Assembly: GCF_964204645.1 (NCBI RefSeq)
Contig: NC_134030.1
Coordinates: 4,258,778-4,322,777, forward strand
Direction: 5' to 3'
From: Tubulanus polymorphus
Taxonomy: Eukaryota > Animalia > Nemertea
DNA length: 64,000 nt
The notes below the pieces were generated by a model, which did not search any database, was not told where the DNA came from, and saw only the letters and a program-made list of their open reading frames with translations. Made by a program: the position numbers and the translations under genes. This document shows positions 36,901-51,900 of the stretch, piece by piece. Within the stretch, counting starts at the first letter, position 1. Every line of letters begins with the position of its first letter.

Positions 36901-39900
36901 TAACGTTCAGACAGGAAAATGATGAACAACACATGCGTTTTACGAATGAACACGAATAATTTTGACCGTCGAGATTTTAAGAGTTACATACCGCGCACTT
37001 GGACTACAGAAAAATATACATCAGAATATAACATACGATTATTGAGAGAACTCGGTGATAACCAGGTTTCAGACTAGAAAAGACTATGGGGGAATTAATT
37101 CTATGAGCCAAAATGTTGTTAAAACAGTATTTTCTTCATGGCTTGGTGGATAAAGGTGTTTGACTGGCAACCAACCAAGACATGGTTTCCATTTTCCCTG
37201 ATATTTTCCAGGTGGTTACACAAAATTCCCTGAGTGAATCTGAGATATTTTGAGGTTTGAACAATTCATTCATTTTTTCATTGAATCGTGTGCTGATTAA
37301 CATGTGGTCAATAGCATTATCCGAATTCCCTTAGTTTTCCAGGTTTTCCAGGTCAGTAGCCACCCTGCAAGAGGTGGTGGGTTCAAATCCCGGTGAAACA
37401 ATGCTATTTGTTTTGGTATATGTCAGTGTTTGCCAACTCAATGATCTAACAACAAATGTTGCATCTCTTAAATATACTCGTGAGGGTGCTGAAGTACTAA
37501 CACAAAATAATGAATGAAAAGTTTGTATTTCTGACACAGACACAAATACCGACGAATCTAGATGTAGATTCTCTATGAAACGTCACTGTCGAATACTGAC
37601 AATTCCGATGATGAGAACGAAGTCAATCTGAACACTCACCTTTGGGTTTATAGAAACAGTTTCTTCAATGATGAATTTGCGCACAAACACAAACAACTGT
37701 TCGAACGGAAAGCTATCCCTGTGAATATATTTGTAAAAGCTGAACTGAGACTAGAGTAGGATTCATGAAGTATACACATGTCTATTGAGGAGGTTAAAAA
37801 AATGCCAGTTCCCCGATGTAAATACATAATCGGTCAGAGAGGTAATAAGAGGTCAGGTTGATGGATTGGATTTTTCGTATATTCAGTGTTTTCAATAAGA
37901 GCCAGGTCTCAGGTTCCAGACCCGTCTGTCATTTGTAAAGGACCCGCCTGTTTTTTCAAACCTGCTTTCGTTTCAGGGAGTGTGAAATATTGCGGGACCC
38001 TCCTGTTTTTCAAAGGGACCTGGCTTGTTAATTCCTTATTGAAAACACTGATATTTTTCACTTTTTAACATGGCCAGGCTTCAAACTTTTTAAAGACAAA
38101 TTTTCGATTCTAACCTTATCAGGTCCAACAATCGATTGATTTTAGCTTGAACCGAGCCGAGTAGATCGGCGCCCGATTTCACGAGTAATCGCGGTAGAAT
38201 ATCCCCGATCCAACCGGCTAACACATCTTTATATACAAACACGAATTCCATCAATACTTCCAGGAACAAACTAAAAACCTGAAATACGCGGAAAATAGAG
38301 AACAAAATATTTAAGGAAAATCAACATAGCACTTGCAATCTGGAACCAGTTCCACAGTCATGAGTTAGAGTTAACTCTGAGTTAAAGTTAGTTCATTTTC
38401 AATGTTTTAACCCAGGGTCAAATCTTAACTCAGAACTGTGGAACTGGACCCAGGAGTCTATTCTTCCACTGTTGTGAGTTAACATTTTACAGCCGCGAGT
38501 CGAATTTGGCTCATGCTTATCAGAGAGTGCGTTCACACGTAAACCACTCACTCGATATTAAAATGCTATCAATTGAAATCGAAAGAGGCAAACATTTAAT
38601 GAGTATACTAGTAGTGTATCGAGTGAAGACTCACCTTCCCATGAGGGTCATGGAATAAACGAGTAAAAATAACTGAGACTTTTCGCACTTCATTCGGCCT
38701 GAAAAGAGATTTAACAATTGGCCAATAAAATTAAGAGTGATGCTATATATCAGGGTGGCCCCTTTTATTTGACTTGCACGCCGTTCCCCTTACTTGATCT
38801 GCTAATCCAATCAATAAATTATAATTATAATCCAATCAATAAATCAATAAACAGAGTCAAATACGCAAGACATAGTTGGAAACTGTTTGATTTTGCGCGT
38901 GATCTAGTGAGCTCCACAAATTTCCCTGACTTTTCCCTGATTAAAAGTTTTGTTTAAAAAAATTCTGACTTTTTCCAAAGAAAAGAAAATACCCCGACTT
39001 TTCCCAGATTTTGCGGTAATTAAGTGGCCTGGTAGCCCTGAATATATGTAGCCGCAATCATCACTTTGAATGAGACTCTTGAGCTTACGTTAATTCCTGG
39101 CCCGAACGCAGCATGCCCTGCAACGCGTGCAGACCTTGACGTCGATCAGACCACAGAGAACTGGTCAAATCGGTCGTTATCTGAGATACCTCCTACAAAA
39201 AACAAAAACATCCAAAAAATCAGAAAAAGCTGAAACGTGGTGCTGAGATCACATGAAAATCTACCGAATCCTTGAAATTATACAATTTAGGTTTTTAAAG
39301 ATTTCTTGTAAGTGAAAGAATACACATAAAGATATTATAACTCATACAGTGAGATGGATACAACATAAGCAAGAAATGTTTGAGTGAACAGAAAACATAA
39401 TTCTCAAAGGATTCCATCTACACTTTTCTTTACATACAATTTCACAACACTGGGAGTAAGGTTTGATGCGAGGTAATATTTAATCAACTCGCGTTCGTAA
39501 ATCAGTAAACATCGAAATCAAATCATAAAACATCACATTGACTGAAATTGAAAAATTCATCATTTCACAAATCAAAAGCAAGAGTGGAGTGTGAGAACAA
39601 TAATAAATAACTAGGAATCTGGATGAGCTGAGTGTGGTCAAAGGTAAATGCGGGAAACAATAATTTTCGGCATGATTTTAGCGGATGTGTTCGGATGGTT
39701 GTTGGTTACCTTCGACATCGGATCTCCAGATTCTACCAGCTATTGAATAATCAGAAAAAGTCAAACGTCATTAACACACATACACAAAGAATTTTTAATT
39801 TTTCGTTTAGAATTTTAAGTACACATGTACTAGAATAATCATCAAGAACCTAGAACGCAAAGATGTTGTAGATAATAACGTGATATGTAAGCCAGTTTTA

Positions 39901-42900
39901 AGATGTTGAGTAAAATGAAGAACCGCTTTGATTTACGAATAAGAGCTGAAAACAAAATAAAGAGTCTCATATGAAAAGTGATAAACGTAATGAAAACAAC
40001 AGAAGACTTCCACAGTCACAACTTTTCAGTCTCAATCGCCAGACGGATGCTGCAGGTAAAAACGTGAGTAATCTCAATTGCTATTTTAACTCAAAATCTT
40101 CATCCAATGCAAACATTGTTCAGTTAATCTTGGTCCAGAATTTCAATCGAAATGTTGAAAAATTTCCAGGCCATTCTTTTTAGTGACCTTTACCAGGCCT
40201 AGATCATAGAAAGGAAAGGTTGAATAACTAAGAAACTCTGCCTAGCAGTTGAGACTGTTGTAGCTGGGGGTTTTTAACAGTTGATAGGTGGCAGCAGTGA
40301 GAAGGTGGTCATTACATACGTGGCAAATGGGAACGCGTTTGGATGGCAAGGTCAAGGTCGCATGATGCGCCGCATCAGATGCCTATATCCGACATAAATA
40401 CAAACAAACAACCTCAAAAAATAGATAAGCACCAGAATACAATAAATCACACACGTTCAGGTCCGTTAGTTTAGGGAAAATTTAAAATAAAACCGAATTC
40501 AAATTCATACCTTCCCAAAGAGATAGCCGGGAGCCACCGAGACCTCAAAAGTGGTTTTACCTCTAAACTTAAAATATACCCCTTTTAGGACACAATTCAA
40601 ATATTCAGATAGTCTGTGTAACAACCTATTGAATTCATAAGAAAATGTCAAATCATGACTCGAAATTTCTGGTTTTGAAATTTATGATTTACTAAAATGT
40701 TGGTGTAAAAATCAATTCCGGATACAAACCTGATTTTACGAACATAAATATCACAAATAATCAAAATACATATGAATGAAAGACACACTGAACTGAACAC
40801 CGAACGGAAAGAGTTCCCTTCTTACGGAAGGTGGTAAAAATTCTTTTTTATAAATCACACACAGCCTATTTATGTATCTATTAGTGCGAGGTGAAGCCGA
40901 ATGTCTATGTCATTTCAAGTGCAATGAGGTCACGTGCAATTACTCAGTCAATGTGCATCAGTGTTATTTCTCAGGTATAATTCGTAATCAGAGTTGACTG
41001 AGCTATAGCAGCAAACATCCGTCCGTGCCTTCGAAATGAAATAGACATTAAACTGCTAGTTGTTTTTTAAGGCACAAACTGTTGTAGTCAGGCTCTGTTA
41101 CACCGGGAGGTGGTTACACAGACTAGTGAGTGAAATATACACATTACATATACTATAGAGAAATAAATACCGGTACACACATGTTCCCGCAACATTTTAC
41201 AAACAGACATCTTTCCTCCGCATTTTATACAAATCAATGAATTGTGGAAATAGAATTCACTTGAAGCTTACATTTCAAAATATAATATACGCATGAAACT
41301 GAAGAATGAAATGTGCTATGAGCCATTTTCATAAACTCATAATGTTTTTGAAAATGGCTCATAGCAGTTGAGTTCAAAACATCAGAATCCTCTCAAAGCA
41401 CTTCTTTGTATAGTGGTTCTATTCATTCCCATCAATCAGACAGTGGCTTGTCAATAATAATCATGCATGAAGCTGTTCTGAAGAATTCGATACCCCCTGT
41501 ACTGGTTGGTGAATAAGAGGGTTCTTTCATAGCCTAGAATAAGATTATTTTGTTACTTCAGAGGAAAGATGTCTCGTAAAATTTTGTAATATTAAGATAT
41601 AAAGAGGTAAACGTCCGAAGGGGTGCGCGTATCAACTACCACCGATGTTTCTATTCAAATGTTGGAATTGTTGGGATTTGATTTGTAAAACGTACCCGTC
41701 GAATGTATGACTTTGACCGTCGTCGTAGAGGTCGAAGTCGCCGACCCTCGTCGTCACTCTGCGTAGCGCGAAAACGTCGAAAAAAACGAAAACGAATCAA
41801 AAATAAAGACGAATAAATAAAATACGTACAACGTTTCGTTCGTTCGTTCGTTTGCGAAAACCGACCAGGTCGAGAAAATCATCACGCAATTAAAAAATAT
41901 GAGAAAACGAAAAAACAAATGAATGATGATGAGAAATTATTACATGACACGGTAAAAAATCAGCGATGCTTCAATGATATGAACCCATTTCCAAAACATA
42001 ATACAGCATTTACACAAACACAGCAGTATACTCTGTTGTCCAACCTGTTTTTAAGAGATACAGGGTTCTCACAGATCAGCAAATCCAAGATTCCTTGATA
42101 TTTTCCACGATTTTCCCTAACGCTTAACCAAAAATCCCCTGATTATGTTATAAGATATCCTCAAGAGAGTTTAAGAGGTTTTTTGTACCACTCTCGTCAC
42201 CAGCCAGAACAACGATATACCGTTAGAGACTGAGGAAGGGTGGTAGGAACCACCCAAAATATTTCAAATTAACTTTTCAGTCTTTCAACAATTGTGGGAT
42301 TTATATCTAATTTTTCATCACGTATATCGTGATCTCGCTGATTCAATGATACAGCAAAAATAATTTTAATTGCCTGATTTTTCATGATTTTCAAGAAAAG
42401 AGACAGAACTCCTGATTTTCCCGATCTGTAAAATTGCTGAGGTTAGCCGGATTTGAGGTAGAGTTAATCTCGGGTTTAAGTTAGAATCAAACCGTCTTGG
42501 GTTGCATTCACGTGGAATCATTAGTTACCATTAGTCCTGAGAAACATTTGTTTAGAACGAACTGATTAGGTTTTGGTTTACACAGTTTTGTAACCTAAAC
42601 CCTGGAATAGATCTAATCAACGAGCGATACTGACCTCATAACTTCTGCCGAACGAGCGATCGGAACAAACGCTCGAAGTTTCACTCATGTTATCATCGGA
42701 TTCATCTTTCTTCACATTGCCGACCAACGATTTCAAAAACTGTGACAAAAAACAAAGCAATTCAGTCAGCAATTATACACGCAGTAATTACAGCACGGCT
42801 TAGATGTCTAACTATAACTTACCAACGCATCAGCGACAGCTCTTTCAGCATCAGTACCGAGTCCTAGAATTCTTTGTCCCATCGCTCCTAGGAGAAATAC

Positions 42901-45833
42901 AGCTAACATTACAGATATCAAATTATCAATTACCATTTAAGACGAAGAACCGTAAAACCGAATAATCTCAGGCTAAACTTACTGTAAGGTAAGGGTGCTT
43001 AATACGCAAATGAATAGAACAAAGGATCCAGTTCCACAGTCAAGAGTTAGAGTTGATTTTTCAGTAAAAATTGCATTACAGTTAATTATTGAGTTACCGT
43101 TAAAATTACATTAACTCTTTACTCATGACTGAGGTACTGGGTCCAGGAATCTTCACATCGCAGAAGAACACGATTTGAATGTCGCAGTGCGAAAGGCAAA
43201 TTAAACAGAAGAATAGCTACCTTTTGATTCACTGCGCGGGGTACGAAGCACTCGCGTACCGGTGCTAGTGCTATTATTACTACTACCGCTGTATCTGCGT
43301 TCCCGCATACCTGTAACTGAAGCCAGGGATAGGACTGGTTTTAATTTCACGCCACCATATACCGCGTACCTCATTGATTAACAGCGTTGGATTCAAGCAT
43401 TCGGAAGGGGAGCAAGAATCATAATAATTTGATTGTTACGATCAACAGGAAATTAAACAACACTTTCTATCCTTATTATTCTCGTTCTTTCTAACGTTAT
43501 TTCTTCAATTCTCACCAATCCTTAATTATCCACCTACGTATTTACTCAATTAACTATATCTTCCCTCGGTTATAGAATTAAATCACACCTGACGATGGTC
43601 ACCACCGACACTCCAAAACGTTATTTCAATTTTCGATTTTTGATAAATATAGTTTATTGTATAATTCAAAAAGTCCGCACTCAGAAGAGAAAAACAACTC
43701 CACAAGAAGTTTCCTCCAGTTGGTGATTTATTTTCTACATTTAGACTATATCCAGTCGAAACATTGAAAATAAATCGTTAAATAAAGAAAACCTTTTGTG
43801 GACTTGTTTTTCTTATCTGAGCATTTTACCGATAGTTATACTAGCTCAAGGAAACTCACAAACGTTTCATCTTTAGTTCGGGGATTTTTATACTAAGTCC
43901 GACGTAACTTACGTGATTGTTTACCGGTACGCGTTGGACTGGTTTCTCGACTGGTGCCCTGACTGCGCGGTATCGCCGACCGACGGCGTTGACTAGTACC
44001 GATCGACGATGATTGTTGCGACGGCTCGTTTTTGGCGTTGGCGCCGTACGTGTAATAACTCAACCGCGACGACGGTGAACCTGATCTACTACTCGCTTTA
44101 ACACAACACATTTAAACAAAATCAATTAATCAATCATCAAATTGCATCGATATCAAGCTAAAGCAAACAAACATTCTACAGGGTGGCCACTTATACTTGA
44201 CTTGTAACTTTTTCCCGATTTTTAGGTTTTTTACCAAATTCCCTGACTTTTTCAAAGAAAAGAAAATTCTCTTGACTGTTCCCTGATTTCCAGGTAAGCG
44301 GCCACCCTGTTCAAAGCATAACGAATAAACTAATGTATTGTCAATATAGAAAATAATATATCATCTAACTATTGATGATATCTGAAGTTTATTATTCTCA
44401 CAGTTTTGAGATTTCATGATAAGATTTATATCAATTTCGAAACCGTTAGAATAATAAAATTAAGGTATCATCAACTGTAAGATCTTTCATAATCATTCTA
44501 AGCACATTAACTAGGCAAAATTTGACGAAGATGCAACATTTTAATGGACGATTGATAAAAGCTCAGTCATCATTGATATGAAGGCAAGCATATATGGTCA
44601 AACTAGCTTTAAAATCACTGACAGATAAGTCATCAAAACAATAATGAAGATGGCTCCATCTTTTAGTCCCAATTATTCGCTCAATACAATCAAATTTTCC
44701 AAGTGTAACTCGTCATCAGCATAATCAGTTCTGACTATGACGACTTGGCGAGTTTGATTAAGGTACATATTTTGACGTGGCTTGAGGCTAAATCTTAGTA
44801 CCTTAGTCTCGGTCTACGCGCTTCTGATAACGAATATACTTACGTTGAGATTGAGATATTCCTACTTTCGAACGAGGCCTGCTGCGTTCTGGTGAGACAA
44901 TGTTGTGCGCGGTGCTCTGACTCGATGAAGGAGTTTTCGCGACTCCGTTTCCTTTGCCGCGAGCTGAAATAATAACCGTATGAATACGTACGTGAAAACT
45001 CTGCAACAACGAGAACGGATAATGAATGCTAGACAATTCGTCTCAGAGGGTACTGGTAATCAGTGTTCTTCATATGCTAGTTTTTTAGAGGGCCTGCATT
45101 CAGTATTGATTGAAAAAGTGACACCGATTCGAATACAGAGGCAACTGAGTTTTTAATGTATAAATGACCAGGGTAGCTGCCCTTCTAAAACCTCTTGCAG
45201 AAAACACTCAGTAATCCTCAAATATATTGATTACCAAGAAAATCCTCGAGGAAACCCATAAGCAATACTCATATCATTTGATATATATGATAAATGTTGG
45301 TATATTCTAAGAATTGAAAAATCACAAAGCATTTTTATTCATTTGTTTTTGCAGTGAAATAAACATCAGATTTCAATATGATTGAATTAATATAATGGTT
45401 AACCAAACGGTGAAAGCATCGTTAATTAGATTTGTGAATATTAGGTTTTAGTTTTCCGCGATTGTCCCTGTACTACTCCTACTGACGTGTATGCCAAAAT
45501 AGAAAATATAGAAACATAATGAAAACATTTTGTCTTTCACGCATAGTTGTTGAAAGTGATTCTACACGAGGAATAAACACCAATCAATGAAAAGAAATTG
45601 ACAACAACATATGTATTGAAGAGGAAAAATCCACCCTAGATCAACCAAATATTGCCAAAAATACACGTATCTTATATATTACTCAACACCACAGATGGAA
45701 GAAAACTACACCGATATATACATGCCTTTCAATTTAGGAGTTGGAGGAGAGGCTTTCTTGGCAGCTGAACTAGCCGTTTCCTTAGATGCTGCTTGTGGGT
45801 AAAAACAATAAACTCACTGTACTGTACATACCC

Positions 45834-45918
<85 letters not shown>

Positions 45919-48900
45919 GGTACATATATTCGCTCAATCGGTTTTATCAAAAGTTTATCACGGAAATAACAACCTCCAGAAGCATAGGCTCCACAGGCTA
46001 ACAGCATATAGGATTCATAAAAGAAGTCGTTCTAAATATAATAGGTCTTAACGTCATATTCTATTCTCCACATCTGATTAAACAGAGGTTATTCTACAAA
46101 CCGAAATATAGTGAATTCAGTGAAATCGTCATCGAAGAAGCGAACTTACGCAGTGAGCTGTATGAATTTTGCGGCACTCGAGCAGCGGTGGTGATTGGTC
46201 GACGCTGGTTAGTTGTCAGGTCAAGGTCGCTGCTAGAACGCATTATATGCCCGGACGTGTTTCGTGTACGGGAACCGGAATCTGCAGACGACAAAATGTT
46301 AATGTTATAGCACTCAGTGTTTGAAGCCTGCTCACCATCTAGACCAGGTTCTACAGTTATTGAGCGTTAATTTTCACTTAAGAGTTGAACTATTTCAAAA
46401 CGAACCAAATCAACTTAAAACTTAACTAATGGTACCCACAGTTACATGGATTCAAAATTGAATAATTTCATGGCGATTTTTCAATTTTCCCAAATGGAAA
46501 TAGAGTATTCGTAAAAGTGAACGTAAGTACCATCAAACTACAGGGACGTCAACACTTAAGTTGTGACTGGTTGATAGAGGTGATTTTCCAAGAAAGATTG
46601 CTGAAGAAAGTTGCTCTTAGGCAAGCAATTGATATCCTTGTTGACAATAGAGCTCCCAAATATTTCTGAACCGGGAATTATGATTTGAAATCTCCAAATT
46701 TATTTCCTGATTACCAGGCACTCACTGTGGAACCGAGTCTGGTTATGAAAAAGCTGGTGAAATTAAAAAGCGATAATCACCGCACGCAAAATCATTGAGT
46801 AGTTATCTGCATTATTTCAGTATTAGAAGCAGTGAAATATATCATAACTAAAGCTGGGGAACTTTAACTAAAACTTACCAACTGTAGCTTGTTTTACAGG
46901 ACGAGTGGCTGTCCTCCGTGCAGCGAGGCTGTAAGATAAAATGATCAAAATTGTGTGTCACTAACCGAACTTAACCGAAAAATTCCCTGATTAGATATCC
47001 AGAGGTTCCTTATCACTCATTATCAGCAAGAACAACGAGGCACCAAAAATCAAAATTCCCTGATTACACATGCATTACATTGTGTTAGATATCCTCAGTG
47101 GGGGGTTGTTTCTTCTGAAGAGGTTCCTAGCACCACTCATCACCAGCCAGAGCAACGAGGCACCAAGAATTCAAATACCCTGAATTTCCTCGATTTTCAA
47201 GAAAAGAGTCATAATTCTCTGATTCTCTAATCTGTAAGAACACTGGACACGGCCACGGTACAAAACTCTGCCCAAAATGACAGCGACTGCTCGGAATATG
47301 ACGAGAACTATGAACAAACCTTGATATATCGTATCCGCGATCAGTACTAGCCGAGCGTATTCGAGATTTCGGCGGCGCGCGTCCGATACTGTTTAATGAA
47401 TTATTACTCGACGAGTTGCTCATTTCCCCTTCGAGCATTCGTTTTTTCGCCGGCTCCAACGAATTCAATAAACTGTCCGCTTGATCTTTGAAATGATTCG
47501 CGAATCCCCAAAATGCTCTGAAATTAGAATTTACGATAAGAATTCGGCATGAAATCCGAGCGTAGGTTGTTCGGAAAACATCAACCGCGAAATATGGAAC
47601 TGGCTCCATGGCTTAGTTGCTGAAGAGTATCTGTATACAACATACTGTGAATTTCTACCTCTACATGACCTGTCCTGTGGCATGGTGGATAAGGTGTTTG
47701 ACTCACAACCGAGAGGTTGAAACCATGTTATACAGGTAGGACACATATCAGTGCCCGTCGACTCACTGATTTAACAACAAAAGTCGTACCTGGCGAAAAT
47801 CTTCGACACGACGAAGTTGGCCAGTAATAGGTAGAACTACGGCGAGTTTATTTTCAATAAAAACTGATGTTGTGTCGTTGCGCTTAAACCTGATGGTAGT
47901 GAACTTACTTTCTGGCTTTAGCTCGAGCGTCGGCGTCAGCGTCGTTGATACCGCGTTTAATAGCGTCCTGTAGATTAGCGATATGACGCTCTAGGGTATG
48001 AGTCGGCCACGTGTGTAACAACTGCTCCAAAAAATCACATGTATACCTGAAAACATAACAAACCAGTTTTAACGTACAGATTTTCCGACGGCTGATAAAC
48101 TAATGTATTCTCAATGCTGTAGAATGATCGGATATTTCGAGATAAATCTACATTCTATCATTAGAGACACAGTAATGTGTTTCTCTGTGGATGAGATTCA
48201 GAAACGGTCAAGACGAATCAATTGTGGGATTGTTCTTCAGATTTGACGGTTTCCCGCCCGGGGTCAATAGTTTGCAGACTTACTTTCTGATGACATTTGA
48301 TTTAGACGTGAGATTTCCAGTGATTATCGGTATCAAACGTGAACAATGAGTGTACTGGAAATGAAAGCAAACAAATAATGAACCGACTGTCCAGTTTCGG
48401 TGATATATAAAACCCTGAAAAAAATGTTCAAAGCCGAATTCTTTTACCTGTATAATAAACTGGAAGCACACCACACCGGAAGTGGCCATGATTTTAGCGC
48501 TATTTGGAATGAGTGAGATTATATTTGGCGTCAGCGTTTCCGCAAAGTGGTCGAATTTCGAACCCAGCTGTTGTGACATGTAACTGAAATATATACCAAA
48601 CACAGGAAATGTTACACATATATTTCTGATGGAGGTACAAGAAGCATCAATTCTGAAGTATTCTATGGGTAACATATAAATTATTTTGAAATTGAAATGA
48701 ACAGACACTATCACTATGGATGTCAACTTCTTGACGTGAATGGTTGATAAGGCTTATCAACCATTACGGTGATTTTTAAGAAAGTGCTAAAAGTTGCTCT
48801 TGGCAAAGGCTACATGAAGTGCCAATGAATTTTTCAATTTCCGGATAAGAGTAAAATCCATGAAATTTCCAAACATTTCTAAGCCGGGTAATATTATTCG

Positions 48901-51900
48901 AAATTCCTAAGTTTTTCCCGATTTTCAGGTACTGCAGGGACCCGGATTAATAAATATGGTATGTCACTCAAAGCCCACGTGCAGCGGGGTTCATCGTTGT
49001 AAATCATTCACGGACTAAAACTTACGCGATCGTAATACAAGCCTCGCGCACGACCTGCGACCTCAGGTCCCCGACAGCTGCTTGAAAACTAGCCTCCAAC
49101 GGTCGTAGATTCTGGAAAAATTCGTCATGATTCGTAGCACCATTCACGATCAACGCACGGAAGATTTTCAACTGGAATTGAAAAATGTCACCGGATCATA
49201 TAGTGGAAAATGAGAGCAGCATTGAGACAGTAAATACATGAAACTCTGCACTATTATCCAGTCAACCAGTGAGTCTAGTAACTATTGAGCAGGGCACTAG
49301 CATATGTAAGTAGTTTTTAATGAGATAACTAAGATTTTTGCTTTGATTCTCCTCATGAAGAACATGTTGTCGTTGGTCCGATTATTTCAAAGAACGATGA
49401 ACCAATACAGGATCAAAAGATCATACAACGCCATGAGTTAACTACGTGATAAGCCATCTTCGCTTCATTCGATATACTTTTTATACGTACGCTTTCAACA
49501 CGTTTTTCCCAATCACATTTCGGGTCGCTGAGTACGTTCTGTACTTTATTGATGTGTTCTTGAACTTCACGTCCGGAGAAAAACTGCACTTTCGGTACAT
49601 CTTCGAACGCGGCGATAAACGCTTCTTCATCAACGCCACCTAGAAAACAACGTCAATACCGCGGTATAGAGAAAATATCAATCAGAAACTATTTCAGTTG
49701 TTTTGTATATACATTGACAAACATCGTATGTTCTTTTCTCATTGGTTTAAATTCTTAGTCGCTTCGTTTTACACGTATTCAACTGGATTCACACTAAATC
49801 ACACTAAAAAATTGGGCTTAAGACTAGTTGTAATATCGAGACAACATAAGTTTCAACGGTGAAAATGATTTCTATTCAAAGGTGTCTAGCTTTCTATAGT
49901 GAACAATGAATGAATGAATGTTGTGTGGAAAGGCTGCAGCAGTACAAAAGTACAAAATATCACTAATGTATGATATAGAAGAAAGTAAAATCGGTGAAGT
50001 GACAAACATTTACGAATGATATTCTAGAAAGCGACATTCATACCATCACCGGAACGTTTCCTTCGATGTTGGGCTGTAGCAAAACATGGAAAATATCACC
50101 GTTATATAAACATTTTCACCTGACGGACTGACGTAATACGCACACACATCGAACCAAAGAGAAAATATCCACGACTGATGAGAAGATACGACATTCCAGG
50201 TATTACAGTTAAAATACACACGCAATAACTGAACGAACAAAATCAATAATGAACTCGATGCCGGTTGTACAACATTCGAATACATGATTCAACCCAAGAA
50301 CAGTCAAATCTTACGACTGTGGAGCTGCATTTTTTATAAATGCTCTAAAGTCTCGATTTTTTCGAGCTTCTCACTCAACAAGCGGAGATCGGGGAGCCAT
50401 GAGATTAGGCCGCACACGTATCGGCAGGGGATTGACACTAAAACACGAACCTGTGACCGCTTTTGATGAAGTTGATGGTCGTCGGCCGATTGCGGTGTTC
50501 GTGTTGCTTCCTCTCCTCGTCGCCGACATCGGACGCCGTGAAGATGAAGTTTCATCGTCTGTTTTCGACGCCGAAGCTGTAAAATATAAACGAATATTCA
50601 ATGCGTTAATTTCATTTCTATATAAAATGCGACGATTAAAACTATAGTGAGAATCATCTCGGGATACGAGATCCTCCATTGTTAGTATCTCGCCTCAAAG
50701 TTTGGTGATATCCCAGTTAGTCTATGATTTAAGTTTCTAATCAAGAAGCTACATATCCTTCACAAGCCACATGAAAAAATTAAATCGAACACCTTTTCGG
50801 CAAATCGGGATGGTTTCATTTCAATTTTAAGAGAAGCCAAACAAAATATCTTCTAGGCTCAGGAAACGGAGAAAACCGAGCCCTACATAAACATGTATTC
50901 CTTTACATCGAAACCGTCTTATCATGATAGTGATAATGCATTACATGAGACTGAGAGACTTATTGTATACACATAAAACAGGTTATTATCATTATCAAAT
51001 ATCAGTGTAACTGATCTGATGAGCCACCTGTCTCAATCCACTTCAATTATAGGCCTATTTACAATTATTCGCCTACCGAGTACTGTGAAGGGTATAAATG
51101 GTAGTAACAGATTGTTATGATGGACTGTATTCTAAATCAACCCCTGGGCCTCATTTCATAGACACATATTATCATCATTATGGTATCTATAGCGCATGTA
51201 TCCGTAGGATGTGATCAAAGACAAATGGCAAAAGAGTTTTTAGACATTGTCTGAAGATCGCTTAACTGTTTGACATACCCTAACAAAAGAAAGGGAACTT
51301 ATTCCATTTGCTTTGGGCAACACTAGAAAAAGAGCGAGTAGATTAGTCAAAAGATCGAGAATTTTGTTGCGTCATGTCGTCCTGAAGATGCTGTATTGAA
51401 TTGTCATATAAGGGTTGGGTGTACTGAACTGATTTTCAGTAGATTGGTTGAAAGATCTAGATTTTTGAGGCTTCATATCGTCCTGAAGATGCTCTCATAA
51501 CGACGTATTAACTTTAACACAGGGGCTCATCATTAACACAGGGGCAGTCCAGGTAACCCATATTGATACCAGTCTATAAAACCAGCCCCTGGATATTATC
51601 GATGTATAGCCTAACTAAAACTCACACGCGTGGCGGCGCGTTAATGTGTGTTTACTTGTGTATTATCTGAAAAATACAGCAAGAGATTTCACCAAAAAAA
51701 AACACACGCAGCTCCCCACCACAGAAAAACATGATAGATCTGCTGATAAAAACCAATTTACATTCCATCCCGACGGACTTCCCTGTGATTTGAACTAGGG
51801 TCAGGTACCAATTGATATGGAGCTTGTTCTGAAAGATGAACGTATATTTCTAAAATGGTTTTAGTTGGCAGAGCTCGGATGACTGAAGCTATTCAATTGG

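Noticed and set aside
37372-37397. B-box-like GGTTCAAATCCC (similar at ~52840-52865 and ~24010-24030)
   Set aside because: No cloverleaf; at most decayed tRNA-derived SINE fragments.
45729-46007. ORFs with YIYIYI runs
   Set aside because: Translation of the (TA)n microsatellite; not protein coding.
51626-51666. AG/GT-bounded 41-nt segment in a CLASP intron
   Set aside because: Stops in all three frames; cannot distinguish a poison or UTR exon from chance.
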